A stretch of 24,000 nucleotides of DNA from Candidatus Micrarchaeota archaeon (lineage in GTDB: Archaea > Micrarchaeota > Micrarchaeia > Micrarchaeales > Micrarchaeaceae), in NCBI GenBank assembly GCA_021828155.1, contig JAKAST010000007.1:9425-33424 (forward strand). The letters are read 5' to 3'. The notes under the pieces are model-generated. The model was given only the letters and a program-made list of their open reading frames with translations, was not told the DNA's origin and made no database searches. Both the position numbers and the translations under genes were made by a program. Below, in pieces: positions 7,309 through 16,175 of the stretch. Position 1 is the stretch's first letter. Every line of letters starts with the position of its first letter.

Positions 7309-9027
7309 GTGCATCTGATGGTCAACAAGATAAACGTGCTTGTATACATAGTCATTGCGGTGGTCGTTGCGGCAGCTGTATTCGCAGTTACGGCTATGCA
7401 GATGCACCATCCATATGAAATAAACGTCTCTATACAGCGGTCCAGCTCTGCAGGCGCGGTGCTGTACCCATACAACAACTTCGATTTCAAGGTTATGGTA
7501 AGGAATACTGGCGCTGCAATTAGTGATCTGCCGCTAAGCGTGTACCTGAACGGCTCTGTGATAGATTCGTACAAGGTTAACATGCCGGCGAATAGCAATG
7601 CCACGATAAACGAGAGCTACACGTTCACCACAAATGGCACCTTCGTAATCAATGCCGTTGCAGATCCCGCAGACGTGCTCGACATAGCCGACAGGCCTGC
7701 GGCCAGCAGTTCAATCAACGTAACGGTATCAGCGCCAGAGGCGCCAAACCTGTACAAGTTCATTCCAAACAATGGCACGAGATCGACGCAGAGCTTCACG
7801 CTCTCCAGCAAGGGAATAGCGTTCGCCGCGGTCCTGGGCCGTGACTACAACCTGAGCGCATTCGCGCCGCTGCTCGGACCAGCCGCGGCTGTGACATCCA
7901 CCGCGCTCATCGACCTTGTGGCTGCTGGCGTCGTGAATCTCGCAAATGGCGCGTATTCCAGCTACTCCAACGGCACTGCGGCGTACGCACTGTGGATGCA
8001 AGGTTCTCTGAACAGCACAGACGTGAGCGGCATACTACGCACTTATCCATTTGGCTCCAAGACGGTCAAGACTGGCCAGGGCGAAGCTTACTACAGCGCC
8101 GCGAGCAACACGGTGAGCGTATGCACGCTCACGGCCAACGGCTGGACCAAGCTACTTGCATACTACAATGCATCGGCCAACAGCACCTGCGTGTCTCTGA
8201 TGAACACCACATACACACCCTACATAAACAGCTCGCTTACTAGCGCTGCAGACAGCGCCAATGCACTGTTCGCTTACCAGGGCAACTTCTTGTACACAAA
8301 CTCGATCTCGATCGGAGCGGTCTTGGGGCTCAATCTAGCATCGAACACGCTGAGCTCGACAAACCTGTTCCAGAACTCGTACGGGTATTTTGCCTCATCG
8401 ATATCTAATGTGCGAACTTCAGTTCAGAGCTTCAATTCCACGTGCTTGGGCCTTGTGTATTACGACAACTCAACCAACACTACCATGTGCTCCGTTTACA
8501 TAACTCCGGTGCGTCCGGGGTATTCCAACGAGTCCCTCATATCGAGCACGGACGTGCATGCTGACTATACCGCAACGCTCTACTCGTTCGTCAACAGCAC
8601 CGACACTCTGGCAGCGCATTATAATGCCGGCAGCCTGATGAGCTTCATCGGCATTAGCGGAAGATCTGCCAGCTGGAAGCCCATGTTCGTCAATTCCTGT
8701 GCGCTGGCGAATTCGTCAATAGGCTGCAGAGTCGCATCTTTCAATTCCGCGAGCGATATCGCTCTCGTCAACATAACGAACAGCCTGCCCTTGCCAATGC
8801 ACATGAATAGCCTTGCCTGCTACGTTTCCGGAATGCAGTACAACCAAACCGCAAATGCCACGCTGCAGCCTGGCGCTTCAATAACTGAGAATGTTACCTG
8901 CCGCAACTTTCCTGTGCCTGTTGTCAGCGCGACCACGAGCTATGCGCTGTATATGAACTACACTTACAGTGGTGTGCCGCACCAGCTGTACGGCCACCTG
9001 AACGCGACCAACGCCTACCTGGGCTGA
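7309..9027 (+). CDS. Membrane-anchored, sequon-rich surface protein with CARDB-like domain
   Basis: 572 aa with a GTG at 7309 and an ATG at 7318. The signal-anchor is VLVYIVIAVVVAAAVFAVTA. A CARDB-like stretch follows (FKVMVRNTGAAISDLPLSVYLNGS...FVINAVADPADVLDIADRP). I hand-counted more than 20 N-x-S/T sequons and 9 Cys. Confidence 0.75.
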   Translation: MHLMVNKINVLVYIVIAVVVAAAVFAVTAMQMHHPYEINVSIQRSSSAGAVLYPYNNFDFKVMVRNTGAAISDLPLSVYLNGSVIDSYKVNMPANSNATINESYTFTTNGTFVINAVADPADVLDIADRPAASSSINVTVSAPEAPNLYKFIPNNGTRSTQSFTLSSKGIAFAAVLGRDYNLSAFAPLLGPAAAVTSTALIDLVAAGVVNLANGAYSSYSNGTAAYALWMQGSLNSTDVSGILRTYPFGSKTVKTGQGEAYYSAASNTVSVCTLTANGWTKLLAYYNASANSTCVSLMNTTYTPYINSSLTSAADSANALFAYQGNFLYTNSISIGAVLGLNLASNTLSSTNLFQNSYGYFASSISNVRTSVQSFNSTCLGLVYYDNSTNTTMCSVYITPVRPGYSNESLISSTDVHADYTATLYSFVNSTDTLAAHYNAGSLMSFIGISGRSASWKPMFVNSCALANSSIGCRVASFNSASDIALVNITNSLPLPMHMNSLACYVSGMQYNQTANATLQPGASITENVTCRNFPVPVVSATTSYALYMNYTYSGVPHQLYGHLNATNAYLG

Positions 9028-9291
9028 CTATTGCAATATGAAGTCCTTGGCTCCGGTGCCCTTCGGAAAGGCGCGGCCGTTCTGCGTCTCGAAAGGCAGG
9101 CCGAACTGGTCGGCCAGCCTCTGCAGCTCGCTCATGTCTATCACCTTATCAAGGAAGAGCTCCACAAACTCCTCGCCAGCCAGTTGCACCCTCTTTACCC
9201 TGAAAACCTGGAACTGCAGCATGCCGGCACGCTTGACGCGCTCCCTCAGGCTGCCCTCTCTTATTATGCGCTTCGCAGACTCGCTCAGCAT
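9028..9291 (-). CDS. Hypothetical small protein (87 aa from ATG 9291; ORF extends to a TTG at 9318)
   Basis: The ORF is on the minus strand and its stop codon abuts the stop of the 7309-9027 gene. The box TATTTTTAAA (minus-strand reading of 9321-9330) is about 30-35 nt upstream of the ATG at 9291. I recognise no family. Confidence 0.5.
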   Translation of the reverse strand: MLSESAKRIIREGSLRERVKRAGMLQFQVFRVKRVQLAGEEFVELFLDKVIDMSELQRLADQFGLPFETQNGRAFPKGTGAKDFILQ

Positions 9292-9320
9292 GCCACCACA
9301 GCAATCCTTGCGCTGCAATG

Positions 9321-9354
9321 TTTAAAAATAGTCGTGCACGTCATCTTTTTATTT
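9321..9354. promoter_or_regulatory. Divergent promoter region: TTTAAAAATA (9321-9330) and TTTTTATTT (9346-9354)
   Basis: The first box is positioned for the minus gene (ATG 9291). The second lies about 30 nt upstream of the nuoH GTG 9382 / ATG 9385, which implies a leaderless nuoH transcript. Confidence 0.45.
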
Positions 9355-9381
9355 GTGTGGCGCTAAGCCTAATCGGGCGCC

Positions 9382-10422
9382 GTGATGAACATAGATTCAG
9401 CGTTCATTGCACACTACTATTCCACTGTGCAGGCATGGCTCTCTGCATACATGCCGCACTTCGCTAGTTCGGCTCTTGCGCTCCTTGCCTCTTTCATACT
9501 CTTTGCCATACTGCTTGCAGTGCTGGTGATGGGCTTCGCCTACATGTTCGGCTGGATTGAGCGCAAGACCATGGCGCGCATGCAGTCCAGGCACGGTCCG
9601 ACATACCTCGGCAAGTTCGGCATACTGCAAAACATGGCGGACGTGATCAAACTGCTCTCCAAGGAGAACATAGTGCCCGACGACGCGGACAGGCCTCTCT
9701 TCTCGCTCGTGCTGCCTGTCGTATACGCATCGTTCATAATGATGCTTGCATTCATACCTTTTACCAGCACATTCGTAGGCATAAGCACCAGCCTAGGCCT
9801 GATAATAGTGTTTCTGCTGTTGTCGTTCGTGCCATTGCTACTGTTCCTTGCGGGATGGTCTAGCGGAAACAAGTATGGCTCAATAAGCGCCCAGCGCTCT
9901 GTAGTAATGCTCGTGAGCTACGAGCTCCCGTTGCTGCTCGTAATAGCCGCGATCGCGCTGATGGCCGGCAGCTACAGCCTAACAAGCATAGTCGGGGCCC
10001 AGTCTGGCATCTGGTATGCGGTGCTGATGCCGATAGGCTTCGTCATATTCTTCATAGTAATGCTGGCCGAGCTTGAGAGGCCCCCGTTCGACATACGCGA
10101 GGCCGACAACGAGCTCATTTCCGGCTGGCTCACGGATGTCAGTGCGCCTTACTACGGGCTTGCGCTCTTCTTGGATTATACGCGCATGTTCGTTGGCACC
10201 CTTCTAATATCGATACTGTTCCTTGGCGGTTGGAACGGACCAGTGCTCCCGCCGTTCGTATGGCTTATGATAAAGGTCGTGATTCTGACGTTCTTCATAA
10301 TAGTGATACGCGCCACTGCCGTGCGCATGCGCCTTGACAGGCTGCTGCGCCTCGGCTGGATATACCTACTCCCCCTCTCAGTAATTAATTTATTGATTTC
10401 ATTCGCATTGTTCGTTAGGTGA
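9382..10422 (+). CDS. nuoH: NADH-quinone oxidoreductase (complex I-like) subunit H
   Basis: 346 aa and polytopic. It carries the ERKTMARMQSRHGPTYLGKFGILQNMADVIKLLSKE signature of NuoH/ND1. Confidence 0.95.
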   Translation: MMNIDSAFIAHYYSTVQAWLSAYMPHFASSALALLASFILFAILLAVLVMGFAYMFGWIERKTMARMQSRHGPTYLGKFGILQNMADVIKLLSKENIVPDDADRPLFSLVLPVVYASFIMMLAFIPFTSTFVGISTSLGLIIVFLLLSFVPLLLFLAGWSSGNKYGSISAQRSVVMLVSYELPLLLVIAAIALMAGSYSLTSIVGAQSGIWYAVLMPIGFVIFFIVMLAELERPPFDIREADNELISGWLTDVSAPYYGLALFLDYTRMFVGTLLISILFLGGWNGPVLPPFVWLMIKVVILTFFIIVIRATAVRMRLDRLLRLGWIYLLPLSVINLLISFALFVR

Positions 10423-10790
10423 GCCAGATGATGTTGGAATCGATCGCAAAGGTCGGCACGCAGATGCTCAAGAAGCCTGCGACGCTCGAGTTTCCCGAGC
10501 AGAGGGAATCGCTGGCTGACAATTACCGGGGCATACATAAGCTCGACATGAAGACGTGCATAAGCTGCGCCGCATGCGCAAGGATATGCCCCAATCAGAC
10601 GATAGAAATGGTCGACACGGAGACCGAGCACGGCACCAATAAGATGCCGCAGATAAACCTGGAGCGCTGTCTCTTCTGCGCGCTATGCGAGGAGGTGTGC
10701 CCGACCAAGTGCCTCGTGCTCACGAAGGACTACAGCTTCGAGGCCTATGACAGACGTGAATACATAAAGAGGCCGGAGGACCTCAGATAG
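10419..10790 (+). CDS. nuoI: Complex I subunit I (2x[4Fe-4S] ferredoxin-type)
   Basis: 123 aa with two CxxCxxCxxxCP motifs (CISCAACARICP and CLFCALCEEVCP). The start overlaps the nuoH stop (GTGA). Confidence 0.9.
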   Translation: MSQMMLESIAKVGTQMLKKPATLEFPEQRESLADNYRGIHKLDMKTCISCAACARICPNQTIEMVDTETEHGTNKMPQINLERCLFCALCEEVCPTKCLVLTKDYSFEAYDRREYIKRPEDLR

Positions 10791-10799
10791 CGTGGTCAG

Positions 10800-11276
10800 A
10801 TGCTACCCACGCCATTGTTTCTCCTGGTCTCGGTAATCGAGCTTGCTGCAGTGGCGTTCATCATCCTGTTCAGGGATCTGCTGCATTCAAGCCTCGCCCT
10901 TGCAGTGCTATTCTTCCTTAACTCTGTCATGTTCCTGCTGCTCGCGCAGCCTCTGCTCGCAGTCATACAGCTCTTCATACTCATAGGCGGCATCTCGACT
11001 TACATGATAATAGGCGTAGCATCGTCGAGCTTCTCTAAGTTTAGGCACGGCCGGCCAGGCCTCATGCTGCTCCTTGCGGCTGTGCTCTTTGCCGTGATGG
11101 TTTACCCGCTTTCGGGGATGTCATTCTCTAGCATCCAGCCCAATGCAGCAACTAGCTCAAGTGCGGGAGCCTCGATAGGCCACTACATAGGCATATTCTA
11201 CCTTCTTACATTCATGCTCTTCGCTGTGGCGCTGGGCTCGATACTGCTGTTCAAGAGGATAGGCGAGAACAAATGA
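10800..11276 (+). CDS. nuoJ: Complex I subunit J
   Basis: 158-aa hydrophobic protein with a NuoJ-like LLAQPLLAVIQLFILIGGISTYMII segment. It occupies the expected position between nuoI and nuoK. Confidence 0.85.
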   Translation: MLPTPLFLLVSVIELAAVAFIILFRDLLHSSLALAVLFFLNSVMFLLLAQPLLAVIQLFILIGGISTYMIIGVASSSFSKFRHGRPGLMLLLAAVLFAVMVYPLSGMSFSSIQPNAATSSSAGASIGHYIGIFYLLTFMLFAVALGSILLFKRIGENK

Positions 11277-11572
11277 TCCCAATCGAGTTCATAATGCTCG
11301 GCTTCGCGCTCTTCGCGGCTGGCGTAGCCGGGATGGCTACGAGCCGCCATCTTGTAATAATGATGATGTCGATAGAGGTGGCTCTTGTTTCAAGCACGCT
11401 TGTCGCTACAGCGTTCTTCTATTTCTCTGCAGACGGCGCCATAGTTCCGCTGCTCTTCACGATATGGTCCATAGCAGCGGTAGAAGCCATAATGATAATT
11501 GTGTTCTATCGGTACATGGTCAGGAACGAGATGAGCCTCGACGTGGGCAAGCTCTCCGAGCTGAAGGATTGA
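11273..11572 (+). CDS. nuoK: Complex I subunit K
   Basis: 99 aa with 3 TM helices and the conserved Glu-containing MMMSIEVAL helix. It has an ATGA overlap with nuoJ. Confidence 0.9.
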   Translation: MIPIEFIMLGFALFAAGVAGMATSRHLVIMMMSIEVALVSSTLVATAFFYFSADGAIVPLLFTIWSIAAVEAIMIIVFYRYMVRNEMSLDVGKLSELKD

Positions 11573-11573
11573 C

Positions 11574-13346
11574 ATGATAGCGATATACGCTGTAATAGTG
11601 CTCGTCGTTGCCGGGATAGCCGCGCTCCTTGCCCGCAGGCACGCGCTGGCGCCCAGATACATCGCACTGGCAGGCAGCATTGTGGCATTGGCCATCATAG
11701 CGTATGCGTTCCTGTATGGAAGCGCGGGCACATATTCAATTCCATGGTTCAGCATAGGCCAGTACTCATTCCCAATAGTGCTCGAGACGTACAGCCTGAA
11801 CATGCTGCTGCTCATGCTGGTCGGCGTTATAACTCCATTGATATTTCTGTACTCTATAGGCTTCATGGACGTGCCCACGGAGCAGGGCCGCTTCTACTTC
11901 GAGATTAGTGTCTTTGCAGCTGCAATGATGCTTTTCGCAATTGCGGGCAATCTCATAACAATGTTCCTGGCATGGGAGATGCTCGGCATAACGAGCTATC
12001 TCCTGATAGGCTTCTGGTACTACAAGAACCGCGCCGCTGCAGCCGCGCGCACAGCCATAACAACTATCATAATAGGCGACGTGCTGATGCTATCGGCCAT
12101 ACTGCTTATATTCAGCGCATACCACACGATGAGCTTCAATGCAATACTCGCAGCCCCTTACAGCAGTTCGCTCACGGTTGCCATGGCGCTGCTTCTCATT
12201 GCGCTCTTTACCAAGTCAGCGCAGTTCCCGTTCCACGAATGGCTGCCTGACGCCATGGAAGGCCCGACGCCTGTATCGGCATTCCTCCATTCGTCAACCA
12301 TGGTCAAGGCCGGCGTGTTCCTCGCGGCGGTCCTCTTGCCTCTGTTCGCCAAGGCCGGCCTGCTCAGGGTAATGCTTGTAATAGGTATAATCTCCGCGCT
12401 CCTCGGGGCATCAAACGCCCTGACGGAGAGGCACGTCAAGCGCATACTGGCGTATTCTACGATAGAGGACATAGGCCTGATGTTCGTGGCCCTTGGCCTG
12501 AATGCGCTCGCGGCCGCAATGCTGTTTTTCGTTGTACAGGCATTCTACAAGGCCATACTGTTCATGAGCGCAGGCTCAATCATGCGCGCTAACAACGAAA
12601 CTACCAACATATACGACCTCTACGGCTCTTCGAAGAGCAAGCTTCTCGTGATTACATCCTCGATAGCAGCGCTATCTCTCGCAGGCATAGTGCCGTTGAG
12701 CGGCTTCTTCGGCAAGGCTGCCATAGGCACGGCCTCGCTGTACGCAAACTTGCTGGTGTACGCGGTGCTAGCCGTTATAGGCTTCGCCAGCAGCGTCTAC
12801 ATATTCAGGTGGCTCATCGTCCCGATGCGCAGGGCCCCGGAAGGCGAGGAGACGCAGATTTCCAGCAAATACGCGCATCTTCCGCGCTCCATGCTAGCCT
12901 CGCCCGCTATCCTGGCTGTGCTTGTGATTGCTGCGGCATTGCTATACCTGTACCTTCCAGGCTATCTGGCGCAGCACATGCAGGGCATAGGCGTGCTGGA
13001 CGCAGCAACGGAAAGCGGCATAGCCGTAGCTGGCATATTGGTGGCATATATGCTGTTCAGGAAGGTTGAGCCGCTCGCGCCGTCGCGCCATAGGATTGCA
13101 GTGAGCGCGCTTTACAACAGCTTGCTGGTAAACAAGGCATACGCGCTCATAGCAAATCTCTTCTATGCGATAGGTGCGGGGATTGACGCCATTGACAATG
13201 GGCTATACGAGGCCGCCCTCTCAGGCGGCAACGGCGTCGTCTACGCTGGCGGAAAACTGCGGCGCATAGTCAATGGCCAGCCAAATGTGTATCTCGTAGC
13301 GGTGCTTATCGGCATAATCCTGCTGGTTGCGGTGATGGTGGTCTGA
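11574..13346 (+). CDS. nuoL: Complex I antiporter-like subunit L
   Basis: 590 aa. It carries Mrp/ND5 motifs (WEMLGITSYLLIGFWY, SAQFPFHEWLPDAMEGPTPVSAFLHSSTMVKAG). The C-terminus has a long helix plus a final TM. Confidence 0.95.
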   Translation: MIAIYAVIVLVVAGIAALLARRHALAPRYIALAGSIVALAIIAYAFLYGSAGTYSIPWFSIGQYSFPIVLETYSLNMLLLMLVGVITPLIFLYSIGFMDVPTEQGRFYFEISVFAAAMMLFAIAGNLITMFLAWEMLGITSYLLIGFWYYKNRAAAAARTAITTIIIGDVLMLSAILLIFSAYHTMSFNAILAAPYSSSLTVAMALLLIALFTKSAQFPFHEWLPDAMEGPTPVSAFLHSSTMVKAGVFLAAVLLPLFAKAGLLRVMLVIGIISALLGASNALTERHVKRILAYSTIEDIGLMFVALGLNALAAAMLFFVVQAFYKAILFMSAGSIMRANNETTNIYDLYGSSKSKLLVITSSIAALSLAGIVPLSGFFGKAAIGTASLYANLLVYAVLAVIGFASSVYIFRWLIVPMRRAPEGEETQISSKYAHLPRSMLASPAILAVLVIAAALLYLYLPGYLAQHMQGIGVLDAATESGIAVAGILVAYMLFRKVEPLAPSRHRIAVSALYNSLLVNKAYALIANLFYAIGAGIDAIDNGLYEAALSGGNGVVYAGGKLRRIVNGQPNVYLVAVLIGIILLVAVMVV

Positions 13347-14755
13347 TGTTCCCTTACCTGTTCGCGATGCTCGGCGTGCTTCTTGCCGGAACGCTTGCAT
13401 CGTTGCCGTTCGGGAAGCGCATCTCACGTGGCATAGCCGTCGCGGCGACGCTGGCAGTGCTTGTCATGGCAGCGCTGATGCTTGCCATCGCACTCGGTTC
13501 AGGCTCCTCATTCTACGAGTCGCTGCCGTACATAGGGGTATTTGGGGTATCGTTCAGCCTCCAGGCCGGGATGGTGCAGCTGGCGCTTGTAACTATGGCG
13601 TCCATAGTGGCCTTTGCCGCAGTCATCGGCGGCAACGTCGAATCCGAGAACGCAAAGGCGTCAAATGCGCTTGTCATGCTGTTCGAGCTCGCGGCTATAG
13701 GGCTGTTCTCGTCGGCCAACTTCTTCCTGTTCTACGTATTCTGGGACATAGGGGTGATTGCCGGCTTCTTCATGATCTATTCGCTGGGAGGGGCGATGAG
13801 GCGCGTGGCAGCTAACGCCTATCTGGTCTACTCTATATTTGCGAGTGCGATGCTTCTCCTAGGCATACTGCTGATATACTTCTACACACCAGTGCATACC
13901 TTCAGCATATCTGGGATAGGGGCCGCGGCCGGCTCTATACCTATAGCACTGCAGGAGCTCATTTTCCTGTCGATGTTCATAGCATTCATAGTCAAGATGC
14001 CTGTGTTCCCGCTGCATTCCTGGATGCCCAATGCGTATGCTGAAGCCTCAACCCAGGGGTCCATGCTCCTGAGCGGAGTGCTCTCGAAGTTCGGCGCGTA
14101 CGGCATGCTCCTGCTCTTCTCTATGCTCCCGATCGCATCCAAGGTGTCGGAGTACGCATTTGCGCTTGCAGCCATATCGGCATTCTACGCGGCTTTCGCC
14201 GCAATGCACCAGTCCGACATAAAGCGCATGATCGGATACACCAGCATGCTGGAGGGCTCCATAATACTTGCTGGGATAAGCGCACTGAACTACTTCGGAA
14301 CGTACGGCTCCGCATACCTGATGCTCGCACACGGCTTGGCAGTCGCACTGCTCTTCCTGGCGGCCGGCTCGATACAGAAGCTCTTCGGCAGCACGGACAT
14401 GCGCGCCCTGCGCGGCATAGTTAAAAATGCAGGCTCCACCGCATACACATTCCTGCTCGGCGTACTCTCTTCTACCGGGATGCCGCTCACAGCAACATTC
14501 ATAGCCGACGTGCTGATATTCATCGGCACAATAAGCGCATTCGGCGTGCTGGGCATAGTGCCGCTGCTGAGCATAATACTAATGGGCGCATACATGTACT
14601 ATGCGGTCAGGAGGTCTTTCCTCTCGACGGCGACCTTTACCCAATCCAGATGGCATGTCGGCGTACCGCAGAATGTGGCGTACGCCATTCTCATCGCCTC
14701 GATATTCCTGTTCGGAATAATGCCGATGCTGCTGCTGCAGCTTGTCAAAATATAG
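13346..14755 (+). CDS. nuoM: Complex I antiporter-like subunit M
   Basis: 469 aa with ND4-like motifs (FVKMPVFPLHSWMPNAYAEASTQGSMLLSGVLSKFGAYG). It has an ATG/TGA overlap with nuoL. Confidence 0.93.
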   Translation: MFPYLFAMLGVLLAGTLASLPFGKRISRGIAVAATLAVLVMAALMLAIALGSGSSFYESLPYIGVFGVSFSLQAGMVQLALVTMASIVAFAAVIGGNVESENAKASNALVMLFELAAIGLFSSANFFLFYVFWDIGVIAGFFMIYSLGGAMRRVAANAYLVYSIFASAMLLLGILLIYFYTPVHTFSISGIGAAAGSIPIALQELIFLSMFIAFIVKMPVFPLHSWMPNAYAEASTQGSMLLSGVLSKFGAYGMLLLFSMLPIASKVSEYAFALAAISAFYAAFAAMHQSDIKRMIGYTSMLEGSIILAGISALNYFGTYGSAYLMLAHGLAVALLFLAAGSIQKLFGSTDMRALRGIVKNAGSTAYTFLLGVLSSTGMPLTATFIADVLIFIGTISAFGVLGIVPLLSIILMGAYMYYAVRRSFLSTATFTQSRWHVGVPQNVAYAILIASIFLFGIMPMLLLQLVKI

Positions 14756-14763
14756 GTGCCTGA

Positions 14764-16170
14764 ATGGAATTAATAACTCCGGTATGGGCTGCGTACGGCA
14801 TTGTCGCGCTGGCCGCGCTGCTGGTAGCATCAGGCATAGCCGCGCAGTTCCATAGACGGAAGGGCGTGGCATTCTGGCTATCAACCGCGATTCTTCTGGT
14901 GCTCGCTGCGCTCGCTGCATACGAATTTGCAGTGTCGGCGGATTTCGTGCTTTTCGGCCTGCTCCATGTATACGCATTCTCAATGTTCTTCGCAGTGCTG
15001 TTCGCGCTTGGGCTGGAGCTGGTCAACATACTATCTTACGGCCACAGTAGTCACTTCATAGAGATATCGACTCTGCTGGGGTTCGCCGCAGTTGGCATCT
15101 TAGTCGTACCAATGGCCTATTCATTGCTGACTATAATAATTGCGATTGAGCTTACCACAGTCCCATCGGCGCTCATGATTGCGATTGGAGGCAAGCGTGA
15201 TCTAGAGCCCGCAGTGAAGCTGCTCCTCCTAAGCTCTATAGCAATTGCAGTGCTCGCCTTTGCGGTCTCGTTGGTGTTCCCCTACGACATGCAGCTGGGC
15301 CTGACTGCGATTGCCGCCAACCCATCAATCGGCGGCAGCTACATAGTGTTCCTGTCTATGGTGCTGTTCATAGCTGCGCTCGCGGTTGAAGCCGCGCTCT
15401 TTCCGTTCAATCTTTGGGTGCCGGATGTGTATGAGGGCGCACCCGGCAACGTGACCGCGCTGGTCGCCGGAATAAACAAGAAAGTGGCGATGGTGGCGCT
15501 AATTGAGATTCTTTTCACAGTGTTCATAGTGAGCAGGCCGGCGTTCATGGCAGGCATAGCTGTGCTCTCCGTGCTCACGATGTTCTTCGGCAACCTTGCA
15601 GCCATGGCGCAGACCAACGTGAAGCGCATGTTCGCCTATTCGTCAATATCTCAGGCGGGCTACATAATGGTTGGCGTAGCTGCCGCAACCCAATACGGCC
15701 TGGAGTCGAGCGCATTCCAGATAGCTGCGCACATGTTCATGATAATCGGCGCATTCGCCATAGTGCTCTGGCTGGAGGAGCGCAACATAAAGAGCGTGGA
15801 GGACTACAAGGGCTTGGCCATGAGGAACGGCTTCGCAGGCATAGCGCTGACAATAATCATGCTGTCGATGGCTGGCATACCCCCGCTCATGGGCTTCATG
15901 GGCAAGTTCCTGCTCTTCTCAAGCGCCATAAGTGCCGGTCTGTTAACTCTTGCGTTCATTGGCATACTCAACAGCTTCCTTTCAATCTACTACTACGGAA
16001 GACTGATTGCAGCCATATACGACCGGCGCTACGAGCGCAAGCTAATCCTGGACCGGAGCGTCAAGGCCGTCGTGATAGCCGTGCTGGTTGTGATAGTGGT
16101 TTTCGGAATCTATCCAGCGCCCCTCATGGCAATAACTATCACTGTGGCACACAGTCTGCTTGGGCTGTGA
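14764..16170 (+). CDS. nuoN: Complex I antiporter-like subunit N
   Basis: 468 aa with ND2-like motifs (ALFPFNLWVPDVYEGAPGNVTALVAG, KRMFAYSSISQAGYIM). It is the last gene of the nuo run. Confidence 0.93.
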   Translation: MELITPVWAAYGIVALAALLVASGIAAQFHRRKGVAFWLSTAILLVLAALAAYEFAVSADFVLFGLLHVYAFSMFFAVLFALGLELVNILSYGHSSHFIEISTLLGFAAVGILVVPMAYSLLTIIIAIELTTVPSALMIAIGGKRDLEPAVKLLLLSSIAIAVLAFAVSLVFPYDMQLGLTAIAANPSIGGSYIVFLSMVLFIAALAVEAALFPFNLWVPDVYEGAPGNVTALVAGINKKVAMVALIEILFTVFIVSRPAFMAGIAVLSVLTMFFGNLAAMAQTNVKRMFAYSSISQAGYIMVGVAAATQYGLESSAFQIAAHMFMIIGAFAIVLWLEERNIKSVEDYKGLAMRNGFAGIALTIIMLSMAGIPPLMGFMGKFLLFSSAISAGLLTLAFIGILNSFLSIYYYGRLIAAIYDRRYERKLILDRSVKAVVIAVLVVIVVFGIYPAPLMAITITVAHSLLGL

Positions 16171-16175
16171 TGCCT

